NCBI GenBank assembly: GCA_002394605.1
Contig: DGUI01000027.1
Span: 2,161 to 66,160 of the forward strand
Direction of reading: 5' to 3'
Length of the DNA stretch: 64,000 nucleotides
DNA from: Mageeibacillus sp. UBA4314
Lineage (GTDB): Bacteria > Bacillota > Clostridia > Saccharofermentanales > Saccharofermentanaceae
This document shows, piece by piece, positions 1 through 9,940 of this stretch. The notes beneath the pieces are model-generated. The model was not told where the DNA came from and made no database searches. It saw only the letters and a list, made by a program, of their open reading frames with translations. Each line of letters opens with the position of its first letter. Positions within the stretch are counted from its first letter, which is position 1. Made by a program: the position numbers and the translations under genes.

Positions 1-113
1 CTGATGAGGAGAGTGAGAGGATCAGGGATATGCTGACCGATCTGACCGGCGGGAACGTTGTTTTTTCCAAGGCCGGGAGGAAGCTTATCAGGGGACGAGA
101 GCTATTGCTTTGA
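1..113 (+). CDS. 3' end of a gene entering from the left edge (possibly YigZ/IMPACT-family C-terminus)
   Basis: Open frame from nt 3 (DEESERIRDMLTDLTGGNVVFSKAGRKLIRGRELLL) ending at TGA 111-113; family guess from the short tail only. Confidence 0.35.
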   Translation, partial: DEESERIRDMLTDLTGGNVVFSKAGRKLIRGRELLL

Positions 114-201
114 TTTTGTTGGATTTTTGATTTAGTTTTGCCTAAATTAAAGCGCGAAACTGATATATTATGAGTGCAGATATTCAAGAGAGGTGATTCT
201 A

Positions 202-1581
202 ATGTCAGAAAACAATGAAGACAGGAAACTAATGGCGGCCTACAGGCGTAATCTGGTCATAGTGTTCGTTATGGCTGTTCTTTTGGCAGGAAGTATTATT
301 TTCTCAGCTCTGCAGACTGTTTACATTTACAGACTGAATACGGGTAAGACCGGTTTGCTGGATTATACATCCGGTGAGAGTACAGAAGAAGGAGAAGGCG
401 GAAGTGTTCATTCGCTGAGCAGTTCATCAGAAGATCTTCCCGAGCCCTGGTTCTCTCTGGAGGATGCAGCCGGCGCGACTAATACCGGCAAACAGAGGCT
501 TTCCGTAACAGACATCGTAGATAAGGTCAGTCCTGCGACCGTGTCACTCTACATCAGAGGCAAGGTCAACGGAGCAACAAGGAATATCTCTTCAGGTTCA
601 GCATTCATCATTTCTGAAGACGGGTATGCGGTAACTAATGCACACGTTGTATCGTCAGTGGCAACAGGGGATCAGGACTATGAACTCTGTGCTTCGATCC
701 ACGGAAACAAAGAACTGATCCAGTGCGAGGTTGTAGGCATTGATACACAGACTGACTGTGCTGTCATCAAGCTTAAGGAAGGCAGGAAATATGATCATGT
801 GACCCTCGGCAATTCTTCCGATCTCCGTGTAGGTGAGCTTGCAGTTGCCATCGGCAATGCGCTCGGTACGCTTGACGGAACTGTTACTGTCGGAGTCATC
901 TCATCACTTGACCGTACGATCTCACACGAACAGTACAGGCTGCCCGTTATCCAGACAGATGCTGCCATCAACAGTGGCAACAGCGGAGGAGCATTGATCA
1001 ACTCTTTCGGTGAGGTTATCGGGATCACAAACGCCAAGATGGTCGTAAACCAGTCTGAAGGTCTGGGATTTGCGATACCGATCGATACCGTCAAGCCGGT
1101 CATCGAATCGCTCATCAATTACGGTAAGGTAGTTAACAGGGCATATCTTGGCGTAACTGTCGCACAGGTGGAAGAGGATTCATATTACGGATCTGTCCCG
1201 GGTGTATACGTATATGAATATGTGAAGGACGGACCTGCCGATAAGGCCGGACTCAGGAATGGCGACAGGATCATAAAGATGGACGGTATTGCAATTAATG
1301 AAACTGATGATATCATTGTAATACGTGACAAACACAAGGTAGGCGATACCATAGAGTTTGAGATCGAGCGTGACGGCAAGCAGATGAAGATCGAACTTGT
1401 GGTCGGTGACGGCTCAGAATATGAAGGGAACTCTACTGTTTCGTCACAGCCCGATGATCCGGGAAGCACAGCTCCTTCAGGACGCACAGATCCTACTGAT
1501 CCATCCGGAAGCACGGATCCGTCCGGTTCCGGCGAAGACGGAGATGACTTCATTCCTGATGTATTCGGTGCAAAAAAATAA
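202..1581 (+). CDS. htrA: HtrA/DegP-family membrane-anchored trypsin-like serine protease with PDZ domain
   Basis: N-terminal TM helix; TNAHVV, D, IQTDAAINSGNSGG catalytic motifs; C-terminal PDZ (GPADKAGL); ATG 202 follows AGAGGTG. Confidence 0.93.
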   Translation: MSENNEDRKLMAAYRRNLVIVFVMAVLLAGSIIFSALQTVYIYRLNTGKTGLLDYTSGESTEEGEGGSVHSLSSSSEDLPEPWFSLEDAAGATNTGKQRLSVTDIVDKVSPATVSLYIRGKVNGATRNISSGSAFIISEDGYAVTNAHVVSSVATGDQDYELCASIHGNKELIQCEVVGIDTQTDCAVIKLKEGRKYDHVTLGNSSDLRVGELAVAIGNALGTLDGTVTVGVISSLDRTISHEQYRLPVIQTDAAINSGNSGGALINSFGEVIGITNAKMVVNQSEGLGFAIPIDTVKPVIESLINYGKVVNRAYLGVTVAQVEEDSYYGSVPGVYVYEYVKDGPADKAGLRNGDRIIKMDGIAINETDDIIVIRDKHKVGDTIEFEIERDGKQMKIELVVGDGSEYEGNSTVSSQPDDPGSTAPSGRTDPTDPSGSTDPSGSGEDGDDFIPDVFGAKK

Positions 1582-1602
1582 ATCGATCGGAAGGACATTA
1601 AG

Positions 1603-1710
1603 ATGGCCAAAAGCAATCAGAACAGAGGAGTGAAGATAGTAGCGATCATATTAGTGGTAGCAATGCTGGTATCCTTTGGAGCATCACTTATCCTGGCAAT
1701 AATGTCCTAA
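1603..1710 (+). CDS. Small 35-aa membrane protein, DUF4044/Prli42-like
   Basis: AAGGA RBS then ATG; MAKSNQNRGVKIVAIILVVAMLVSFGASLILAIMS*: basic N-terminus plus one hydrophobic helix; not in the ORF track. Confidence 0.6.
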   Translation: MAKSNQNRGVKIVAIILVVAMLVSFGASLILAIMS

Positions 1711-2345
1711 GAAGAACAACTGCCGTTGAACATAATGATTCTATCCTTCGCGGAAGGATAATCCGAATTTATCTTGAAGAGCTTAGCTTGTTCGATAAAC
1801 GGTGTGGAGCGGAGTTCAGATACGGGGGAACCCGTGACGGCGTTAATGATAGATTGAATGATTATAGCATGCGTAATAAGAATGACAGGACCGCAGGACG
1901 CGGTCCTGTTCTTTTCTTCGAGAAACTTAAGGATCTGTTCTGCGCGTCTTCGCGTATCGTGGAATGTCTCACCGCCCGCAACAGGAGTGAACTTATCAGG
2001 GTGGTGCTTGAAGTTGTCATAAGTCTCCGGCCACCTTGTCTTGCAGTCCTCGGCATACATTCCTTCCCATGCCCCGAGATCCATCTCCTTGAGCATATCC
2101 GTCACTGTGAAAGGGCACATGACATGACCGTCATCATCCGACAATGCGATGTAAGCCGTCTGAAGCGCCCTGGGAAGCGGACTGACATAGCAGGCCTCAA
2201 ACTTTACTCCCAGATCCCTGATGCTCTTGCGGAGCTCATAGCAGCCCCTGATCCCGTCATCAGTAAGGGGCGAATTCATTCGCCCCTGCATCTTAAGTTC
2301 CGTATTCCAAACCGTTCTGCCGTGCCTGGCGAGGTATAGCTCCAT
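1707..2345 (-). CDS. Histidine phosphatase (phosphoglycerate mutase-like) family protein
   Basis: LARHGRT motif, SPLPRA.QTA, E.DLG.WEG, LITHA; start at ATG 2345 abutting the upstream stop. Confidence 0.9.
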   Translation of the reverse strand: MELYLARHGRTVWNTELKMQGRMNSPLTDDGIRGCYELRKSIRDLGVKFEACYVSPLPRALQTAYIALSDDDGHVMCPFTVTDMLKEMDLGAWEGMYAEDCKTRWPETYDNFKHHPDKFTPVAGGETFHDTRRRAEQILKFLEEKNRTASCGPVILITHAIIIQSIINAVTGSPVSELRSTPFIEQAKLFKINSDYPSAKDRIIMFNGSCSS

Positions 2346-2346
2346 A

Positions 2347-3981
2347 TTACGGCACGTCCCTGATGGATGTGAGTCCGTTCTCGTCAAACTCGTATGTGTA
2401 CTCCGCACACTTCTCATCAAGGAATGCACGGTAGTTATTCATCCTTACAAAACTGTTGACCCTGTCATACCACTCCGGATTAGGTGATTCAGATGCAAAG
2501 TAGAGTACATAGAAATCACCGTCCATCTCAAAGATGGTCTTGTTGCCCGGAGTCCTGTTGTCGTCGAAGATCCATGAAGAGAACTCCTCGCTGTACTGCT
2601 CGGGATAAGTCATCTGGCTGTGCGTTACAACGAGTCTTCCTTCAAGGACTTCGCTGTTGTACTTATTCTCGATCTCGGAGAAGCTGTCAGCATCCGTAAC
2701 CGTCTCGTAGATCTCCTGTGCAAGTGACTGTGCCTGTGAGATGTTCGTGTTGCCGCTCTCGTCCTTTACAGAAGAGATGTGAGCGATATGCACGTCTCTT
2801 AAGTGAATGGACAGCTTCTGGCGCTGTACGAAAACAAGGATTACGGGGAATCCGTCGCTGTCGGTGAAGATGGTTGCATCACCGGGGCGTCTGTCTACGC
2901 CGAACAGCCAGTTGCGGAAATCCGAATGAGTGAAATCACCATATCTGCAGTTGGATACCAGAGTCGAATCCGGCTGCTCGAGAGTGGCCTTGGCAGCACC
3001 TGAGAAGTACTTGGCTGCGCAGCTCTCGAACTTGGAAGGATCATCTGCCATCTCGTCGATGATCTGCTGTGCATGGAGGTTGGCAGTCTCTACATAAGCC
3101 TGCTCACGCTGCTCATAAGCGATCCTTAAGATCTTGTAATCAACGAAGTCATATGTATTCTTGTCATTCTCATAAGCTTCTTCTGCCTGCTGGTCAGTAG
3201 CGGACAGTTCCTCAAGCTTGGCTCCGTCACCATAGTCGTCCGTGAAATACATCTTTGCCAGGAAGTTCAGGGCAGTCTGCTCGCTGACCTGGTTGCCGTA
3301 AACTCCCTTGATATATGTATCAAGAGATACGCCCAGAGTGTCGGCCTGTGACTTGAGCCAGGAAATATACGCCTCTGCACGCTCGAAATGCCTGTTCTCG
3401 ATATCAAGCCCCTTGGATACGGCATCATCGTACAGGATCTCGATGGACTGGAGACGCTGTGCCGTGTAGTCAAGGAAATAGTCCCTGTATGTGCTGTATT
3501 TCTCATCGTCCATGTAAGGGGAGGAGAGGAGGTTGGGGGTATCGGCTGCAAACAGGTCGACACCTTCCTCGATCATCGTATAGTGATACATAAAGCTGAA
3601 GTCAGCACTGCTGATCTTCTTGCCGTGGATGCTCAGAGGGCTGATGATAGAGTCCTTGCCTCCGACATTGTGGAAGATGGATGCTGCCACAGCGAGGAGC
3701 ACTACGATCACGCCAAGGATAACGAGCATGAGGCCTGATGACTTGGAAGGAGTCTTCCCGGCCGTCTCAGTCCCGTCTGAATCGAGTGTTATGTTGACTT
3801 CTTCCCTGGAATTATCCTCGGGAGCAGCTTCTTCTGCCACCTCAAGTTCGTCCGCAGGCTCAGAAGTCACGTCGACTTCAGATGCGGCCTTTGCGGCCAC
3901 GGACATCTCTTTATTCTCGGTTGTCTCTGTTATCTCTTTTATCTCTGCTGTCTCGTTCTTGTCGTTCTTACTCTTTTTCAC
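2347..3981 (-). CDS. Membrane-anchored PrsA/SurA-like foldase (two degenerate parvulin-like PPIase modules)
   Basis: Acidic N-terminus, single TM, SurA-N-like helical region, repeated 'F..W.F...R.PG...IF' segments typical of clostridial PPIases. Confidence 0.65.
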   Translation of the reverse strand: MKKSKNDKNETAEIKEITETTENKEMSVAAKAASEVDVTSEPADELEVAEEAAPEDNSREEVNITLDSDGTETAGKTPSKSSGLMLVILGVIVVLLAVAASIFHNVGGKDSIISPLSIHGKKISSADFSFMYHYTMIEEGVDLFAADTPNLLSSPYMDDEKYSTYRDYFLDYTAQRLQSIEILYDDAVSKGLDIENRHFERAEAYISWLKSQADTLGVSLDTYIKGVYGNQVSEQTALNFLAKMYFTDDYGDGAKLEELSATDQQAEEAYENDKNTYDFVDYKILRIAYEQREQAYVETANLHAQQIIDEMADDPSKFESCAAKYFSGAAKATLEQPDSTLVSNCRYGDFTHSDFRNWLFGVDRRPGDATIFTDSDGFPVILVFVQRQKLSIHLRDVHIAHISSVKDESGNTNISQAQSLAQEIYETVTDADSFSEIENKYNSEVLEGRLVVTHSQMTYPEQYSEEFSSWIFDDNRTPGNKTIFEMDGDFYVLYFASESPNPEWYDRVNSFVRMNNYRAFLDEKCAEYTYEFDENGLTSIRDVP

Positions 3982-3983
3982 TT

Positions 3984-4901
3984 CTACATCTCCTCTTCTT
4001 TAGGAACTATGAGATTTATGCACTGCTTTATGCATTCGATCGTTGTCGGCAGGGATGGTCCGCGCTCGCCGTCAAGATCGAGCACGATCTCAGGGTGTTT
4101 CTTCCTTGTCTCGATATGTATCTTATCGGACTGGAAATAGATGACTTTCTTGCTGTCAAGGTGATCGCCCACCATGAGCTTGCCCATGAGAGGGAAGATG
4201 TCGGTAGGTTCGACCTTCTTTACGATAAGCATGTCAAGGACCCCGTCCTCGATGTCAGCAAGTGACATGAGTTTGCGGAATCCTCCGACGCTCCTCGTGT
4301 TGGATACAAAGAACATGAGTGCATCGACATCGATGACCTCACCGTCGTGCTTTATGCGCAGGGGGATCGTATTCTTGATGGAGGACAGATCCTTGATCGC
4401 CGACAGCCAGTATGCGACAGGACCTATTGCAGTCTTCAACTCGCTTGATACCGTGTAAGCGACATCCGTGAGCATGCCGGCAGCTGCCACATTAAGGAAA
4501 TAGTCGTCGCCGCACTTACCGCAGTCAACGCGTCTGAACTCGGGATCCATCAGCATTCTTGCAAAATCCGAAGGCCCCTGGGGCAGGTGCATCGTGGTCG
4601 CAAAGTCATTGACCGTTCCTGAAGTATATATGGCGAGAGGGATGTCTATGCCTGCCGTGCAGATACCGGAAACTACTTCGTTAACGGTACCGTCGCCGCC
4701 TACGGCAAGGAGATAGTCATAATCACCGGGTCTTGTGTCCATCGCGAAAGCCTTCGCGTCACCCTTACCTGCAGTATAGTATATATCAGCCCTTGTCACA
4801 GCCTGCTGTGATACAAGGTAAGAAAGCATATCCTCGATGCTGATCTTTGCCGTTTCCCTGCCGGAAGAGGGATTTACGATGATTTTAAGCTTAAGCCCCA
4901 T
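3984..4901 (-). CDS. Diacylglycerol/lipid kinase, YegS/DagK/BmrU family
   Basis: IVNPSSG, AVGGDGTVNEVVSG, GTVNDFA, DLDGE motifs. Confidence 0.92.
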   Translation of the reverse strand: MGLKLKIIVNPSSGRETAKISIEDMLSYLVSQQAVTRADIYYTAGKGDAKAFAMDTRPGDYDYLLAVGGDGTVNEVVSGICTAGIDIPLAIYTSGTVNDFATTMHLPQGPSDFARMLMDPEFRRVDCGKCGDDYFLNVAAAGMLTDVAYTVSSELKTAIGPVAYWLSAIKDLSSIKNTIPLRIKHDGEVIDVDALMFFVSNTRSVGGFRKLMSLADIEDGVLDMLIVKKVEPTDIFPLMGKLMVGDHLDSKKVIYFQSDKIHIETRKKHPEIVLDLDGERGPSLPTTIECIKQCINLIVPKEEEM

Positions 4902-4983
4902 AATCTTTCCTTATTGTGATATCATTAGTTTATTTGATTATAACTTTATTTTTATTAAAATCGAAAGGCATTTATATTAATAT

Positions 4984-7698
4984 ATGAAAAATCTCTCAAA
5001 TTCAGCAAAATTTGAGGCAAAAAAACTGAAATTACAGCAAAGACGGGAGGATCTGCCCCAGTATCTGCTGGCGTTTCTTTTTCCGATGCTTACCGTAATA
5101 GCGGCTTTTGCCATCCTCCAGTGCTATCCTTTCGGCAACAGGACAATGCTGACGGTGGATCTCTATCACCAGTATGCACCGTACCTTGTGGCATTCAGGG
5201 ATAAGATCCTATCGGGGGACAGCCTGCTCTATTCGTGGAATGACGGTCTGGGCAATGAGTATTATGCTGCCTTTGCAAACTATACTGCCAGCCCTTTGAA
5301 CATCTTCTGCATATTTTTCACTGCCAAGACGATGCCGGTATTCATAGCATTCATAACTGCAGTAAGGGCCGGACTTGCGTCACTTACCATGACGATATTC
5401 CTCAAGGCGAACGATAATAACAAGCTCGACAACATAACCGTCGTATTTGCGGCTTCATATGCGCTCTGCGGATGGTTCGTCACGGATTTCTGGAACATAA
5501 TGTGGTGCGATGCCATGATCCTCCTTCCGCTTCTGTGCCTGGGACTTCGCAAGATGTTCCTCCAGAACAGCTGGTGGCTTTATATGGTTACTTTGGCAGT
5601 TGCAATCGCGACCAACTACTTCACGGGATACTTCCTTTGCCTGTTCCTCATATTCTTCGCCCCGATCTACTACATCATGCTCGCAGTTCCTGCAAAGGAC
5701 AAGACCGTTAAGAACAGATTCTCTGTCCTTAATCTAATAAAAGCAGCGGGCAAGTTCGGGTGTGCGAGCGTCATAGCAGGTGTATCGACGGCTTTTATCA
5801 CGATTCCTACATACCTGATCCTGCAGCACTGTTCCGCAACTGGCGGAGAGTTCCCCAAGGATTTCAACCTTACGGGTAATCTCTTTGATTTTCTCGGCAG
5901 ACTGATGGTCTCAGCGAGTCCTTCCATAAGGGACGGCATGGCAAATGTTCACTGCGGCATCGTAATAGTCTTTATGCTGCCCCTGTTCTTCATGCTCCCC
6001 AAGAAGTCCGGCATAGGACTCCGGCATAAGTTCGGTTTTGGAATAGCATTGGCGATCCTGTATCTGAGCTTTACCAACAGGACACTTAACTATATCTGGC
6101 ACGGCATGCATTTCCCGAATCAGATCCCTTACAGGGAATCGTTCCTCATGCCGTTCGTGCTTGTATTCATGGCATATCTCACGATAAGGAGGCTCAAGAG
6201 CATCCCGGCATCTGCAGTCGGTGCATCGATCGGAGGATCGTTCATCTATCTCGTGCTCTATGAAAAATTCGGCGAAGGGGAAGAGGGATATATCCAGATA
6301 GGTCTGACATTCCTGTTCATAATAGTCCAGGGCATCGCACTGAAGATAATAACGGACGGCAGGAAGTCAGGTCTGTTCTGCGAGACGCTGCTTACCGTCA
6401 CGATGCTCGTCGAGACTCTTGTCGGGAGCGTCGTGTCGATTGCGCTCGTTGCAAAGAACGAAGGCTTTGTCGGATATGATTTCTACGGCAAGAACTATCA
6501 GATCATAAAGGAATATGCGGATTCAGTCGAAGGAAGCGAAGGACACAGGTCTTTCGAGAGGAGCGAGCTGTTCCCCAACAATATCTGCAACATACAGTCA
6601 CTTTATAACATCAAGGGAATATCGATATTCTCATCAACGACGAGGGAGAGCTTCGTTAAGTACAACAGGAATTTCGGGTTCCACAACAATGGCATAAACG
6701 GCTTCAGGAATGCAGGTATAACCCGCCTCACGGCGTCCCTCTTCGGAGTTAGGAACCTTATTACGATCGAGGACACCAAAACGGTACCGCCTGTCTTTGA
6801 AGTCGAACATTCAGAAGGCGATGTTAAGGTGTACGGCAATCCTGATGCGCTTGCAGCAGGGTTTATGGTGGATGAGAGTGTCACAAAGTATGAGCCGAGC
6901 TGGAATGATTCCAATGCATTCCGCAAGACGAACGAGTGGCTTAATTCCATGGGTGTAAAAGGTGATACATACGAACAGATCGACATGGAGGCCATCGAGT
7001 CAGACAAGATGACAACGTCTTCAAGCGGCGGAAAGATGCTGTCATACTCCATCGTGACCGGCGTTGAGAAGCCTTCGTTCAAGATCTCGATAGATGATGC
7101 TTCCAGGGATGCTGACATATATGTCTATGCCAGTGCCAGCTGCGGCGGAACAGCGACCGTCAAGGTTGGAGATAAGGATGAGTATTCCTTTGAGATAAGG
7201 AGTTATCAGACCATATGTCTCGGGAAGTTCACCGGCGAGAAGATTACTCTCAATATCAAGTATTCCGGCAATCCCGGAAATTCGGTCATCGTATATGCGG
7301 CACAGCTGACTGATGCTGCTTTCCACAAGGCGATCGATACTCTGGGCAGGGATCAGCTGAATGTAACTGAATACAGTTCAGGCTATCTGAAGGGGCACAT
7401 TGATGTTACAAGGGACGGGCTCATGTTCATGTCGGTACCCTACTCAGAAGGATGGAGTGCCAGAGTTGACGGTACTGATATAGAGATAACGCCCATCGGC
7501 GATTCTTTTATCGGGATCAAGCTCGGCAAGGGCGGACATGATGTGGAGATTTCCTACATGCCTGCAGGATTAAAGGCAGGGATCGTGATTTCAGGCGTAA
7601 CCGTTGTGATAATGGCGGCTGTGATAGCCGTTACGGAGCTGATGAGAAGAAGGGCAAGTATCGATGAGACTTCTGAACAAGAAAAAGATCAGGTTTGA
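4984..7698 (+). CDS. YfhO-family GT-C polytopic membrane glycosyltransferase (copy 1)
   Basis: DLYHQYAP loop motif, many TMs, FPNQIPYRESF, C-terminal SVPYSEGWSARVDG + TM typical of YfhO. Confidence 0.88.
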   Translation: MKNLSNSAKFEAKKLKLQQRREDLPQYLLAFLFPMLTVIAAFAILQCYPFGNRTMLTVDLYHQYAPYLVAFRDKILSGDSLLYSWNDGLGNEYYAAFANYTASPLNIFCIFFTAKTMPVFIAFITAVRAGLASLTMTIFLKANDNNKLDNITVVFAASYALCGWFVTDFWNIMWCDAMILLPLLCLGLRKMFLQNSWWLYMVTLAVAIATNYFTGYFLCLFLIFFAPIYYIMLAVPAKDKTVKNRFSVLNLIKAAGKFGCASVIAGVSTAFITIPTYLILQHCSATGGEFPKDFNLTGNLFDFLGRLMVSASPSIRDGMANVHCGIVIVFMLPLFFMLPKKSGIGLRHKFGFGIALAILYLSFTNRTLNYIWHGMHFPNQIPYRESFLMPFVLVFMAYLTIRRLKSIPASAVGASIGGSFIYLVLYEKFGEGEEGYIQIGLTFLFIIVQGIALKIITDGRKSGLFCETLLTVTMLVETLVGSVVSIALVAKNEGFVGYDFYGKNYQIIKEYADSVEGSEGHRSFERSELFPNNICNIQSLYNIKGISIFSSTTRESFVKYNRNFGFHNNGINGFRNAGITRLTASLFGVRNLITIEDTKTVPPVFEVEHSEGDVKVYGNPDALAAGFMVDESVTKYEPSWNDSNAFRKTNEWLNSMGVKGDTYEQIDMEAIESDKMTTSSSGGKMLSYSIVTGVEKPSFKISIDDASRDADIYVYASASCGGTATVKVGDKDEYSFEIRSYQTICLGKFTGEKITLNIKYSGNPGNSVIVYAAQLTDAAFHKAIDTLGRDQLNVTEYSSGYLKGHIDVTRDGLMFMSVPYSEGWSARVDGTDIEITPIGDSFIGIKLGKGGHDVEISYMPAGLKAGIVISGVTVVIMAAVIAVTELMRRRASIDETSEQEKDQV

Positions 7699-9940
7699 TC
7701 TGCATTTGATACTGGCTTTCGTTCTGCCTGTCGTGATCATGGCTCTTGCCTTTGCGGCGGCGCAGATCAAGCCGGGCAGCATCCTTCCCGAAGAAGCAAC
7801 ATTAAGGTATTCCGAGATGGATGATGATATCCTTTGCTCTGTCGACGGGCAGATCAGTTCCTGGCTTACGGTAAGGGAATCGTTTGCTTCACAGGATAAG
7901 CTCGAAGGCATGGGAGGTGTCGAGCTGCTCATTACGGAGTATATGGATCCGTTCTTTATCCTGTCCCTGGGACTGCCCGTAAGCTGGCTGCAGGTCTTCT
8001 ACATGGTCTGCTATTTCCTGCGGTTCGGTCTCGCGGGGATCACGATGTTCCTTTTGTTGGACTGCTGCATAAAGGGTGAACGCAGTTTCAGCCTGTTCAT
8101 GGCAGTACTCTATTCTGTCTCGGCGGTCGCAATGCTGTCAGCCGGATCTGTATCCCTGATGAACCTTTATATCCTGTTCCCGCTGTTCCTGAGATACATG
8201 GATGCGCTTATTACGGGCGGGTCCTTTGTATCAGCAAGATACATACTTGTCAGCATGCTGGTGTACATATCGGGCGTTACAGGTCTTATCCAGGGCTGGA
8301 TCATGACCATATTGTTCGGAGTCTTCATATCGGTATTAAGATACGGGAAGTTCACGGCAGTATTCAATTCCCTGTCGCGGATAGTGATAAACTCGTTCGT
8401 TGGGGTTATCCTGACGGGGATCGTTAACATCCCGAGGCTTATGTCCATCAGTTATGAGAGTATTACGCCGGAGATCTTCGAAGAGGGAGAGATGAGATAT
8501 ACTTTCTTCGACCTTGTCTCATCCGTCGCGAGCGGCAGATCCGTAGATTCATCTGATGTCCTGGTACCTGCGGTCTATATTGGCATATTTACCGTCATGC
8601 TCGTTATCCTGCTGTTCCTTAACAGATATGTCCCGGTCAGGATCAAAGCTGCAGTTGCGGTGCTGACGGTGATCATATATGTCACATGTTCTTATACGGC
8701 AATAAGTGATGTGCTGTCGTTCACAGGCATCTCAACCGCATGTCAGGCTGCCCGTCTTGGAGGACTTACTGTCATGCTCTTTGTCAGCGCAGGCGTTTCC
8801 CTTAAGAACATCAGCGGCCTTTCCAAAGGAAGCATATATGCTTCCATTCTGTTCATGATCGCGGTCGTATGCATAGCAAATAATTCGGAGAATATCTACG
8901 GATACATGAATTACCAGCTCTTCATGACGGTAATATCAGCCATAGTTTCCGGTGTCTTTCTGCTGTCATATCTGGAAGGTGCAAAGAGATCTTATATGAC
9001 GGCTTTCTTTGCTGCCGCATTCATCGCTCTTATCATGAACTGCGGATATGTGTTCATGATGTCGGATGTCTCGCCTGAGGATTATGAGTGCGTAACATAC
9101 GAGTCAGGGACCGGAGATCTCCTGAGTATGCCTTCGAGGATACCGGTATTAGGTGACAGGGTCAGCTATGTTGTCGTTCCTTCTGACGGTTTTACCCCTG
9201 AGGATGGGGATGATCCTGCACTGGCTGTCAACAAGATCGCAAAGTGCATTCAGATCGATGAAGTATTCTCAGGATATGATACGGAGGAGATCATCAATAA
9301 CGGTTTTGAGTCTGAAGACGGCAGATATGTGCTCAAGGAGGATGAAAGCGAAATGATCCTTGGCATTGACGTTGACGACGGCGAAGACATATATGTCAGT
9401 TCAGGACTTAATGTGCCTATTACGATGGCGGAGATGCGCTTCTCCCTGTATGATGAGCCGGATGATCATTTCTTCCACGGACCGTTCCTCGAATGCATAT
9501 CTTATGACGGCAACACTTTTGAGGTCCAGCTGTTAGGCGGCAAGTCAGGCGGCAAGTCCGGACGTATCGGAGTATATACCCTTAACTCACACGAGCTTGG
9601 CAAACTGAAGATGGTCACAAGGCAGTTAGGTTCCGGCAAGTTTACGGTCAGTTCGGATATGGCCGGTGATAATAAAGGTTCAAAAACTCTCATTACAGGA
9701 ATCCCTTATAATGATAATATTAAAGTAAAGGTGAATGGCAGGAATGTTGATACCGCTGATTATCTGAACAGGGTCATCGCGGATATCGGGGATGTCGGAT
9801 CCGCACCGGTTGTTGAGATCACAGCTGAACTGCCCGGCATCTTTGCCGGAACGGTATTGTCTCTTGCCGGATTGGCGGTCTTTGTCTGGATCGCCTTCCA
9901 TAACCTCAGAGAAGGAGAGGAGAATGTGAGCCATGCTTAA
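7664..9940 (+). CDS. Divergent YfhO-like membrane protein (copy 2)
   Basis: Same TM layout and C-terminal 'ITGIPYNDNIKVKVNG...TM' as YfhO, but the N-terminal D-x3-Q motif is not recognisable; TTG start overlaps copy 1. Confidence 0.65.
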   Translation: MRLLNKKKIRFDLHLILAFVLPVVIMALAFAAAQIKPGSILPEEATLRYSEMDDDILCSVDGQISSWLTVRESFASQDKLEGMGGVELLITEYMDPFFILSLGLPVSWLQVFYMVCYFLRFGLAGITMFLLLDCCIKGERSFSLFMAVLYSVSAVAMLSAGSVSLMNLYILFPLFLRYMDALITGGSFVSARYILVSMLVYISGVTGLIQGWIMTILFGVFISVLRYGKFTAVFNSLSRIVINSFVGVILTGIVNIPRLMSISYESITPEIFEEGEMRYTFFDLVSSVASGRSVDSSDVLVPAVYIGIFTVMLVILLFLNRYVPVRIKAAVAVLTVIIYVTCSYTAISDVLSFTGISTACQAARLGGLTVMLFVSAGVSLKNISGLSKGSIYASILFMIAVVCIANNSENIYGYMNYQLFMTVISAIVSGVFLLSYLEGAKRSYMTAFFAAAFIALIMNCGYVFMMSDVSPEDYECVTYESGTGDLLSMPSRIPVLGDRVSYVVVPSDGFTPEDGDDPALAVNKIAKCIQIDEVFSGYDTEEIINNGFESEDGRYVLKEDESEMILGIDVDDGEDIYVSSGLNVPITMAEMRFSLYDEPDDHFFHGPFLECISYDGNTFEVQLLGGKSGGKSGRIGVYTLNSHELGKLKMVTRQLGSGKFTVSSDMAGDNKGSKTLITGIPYNDNIKVKVNGRNVDTADYLNRVIADIGDVGSAPVVEITAELPGIFAGTVLSLAGLAVFVWIAFHNLREGEENVSHA

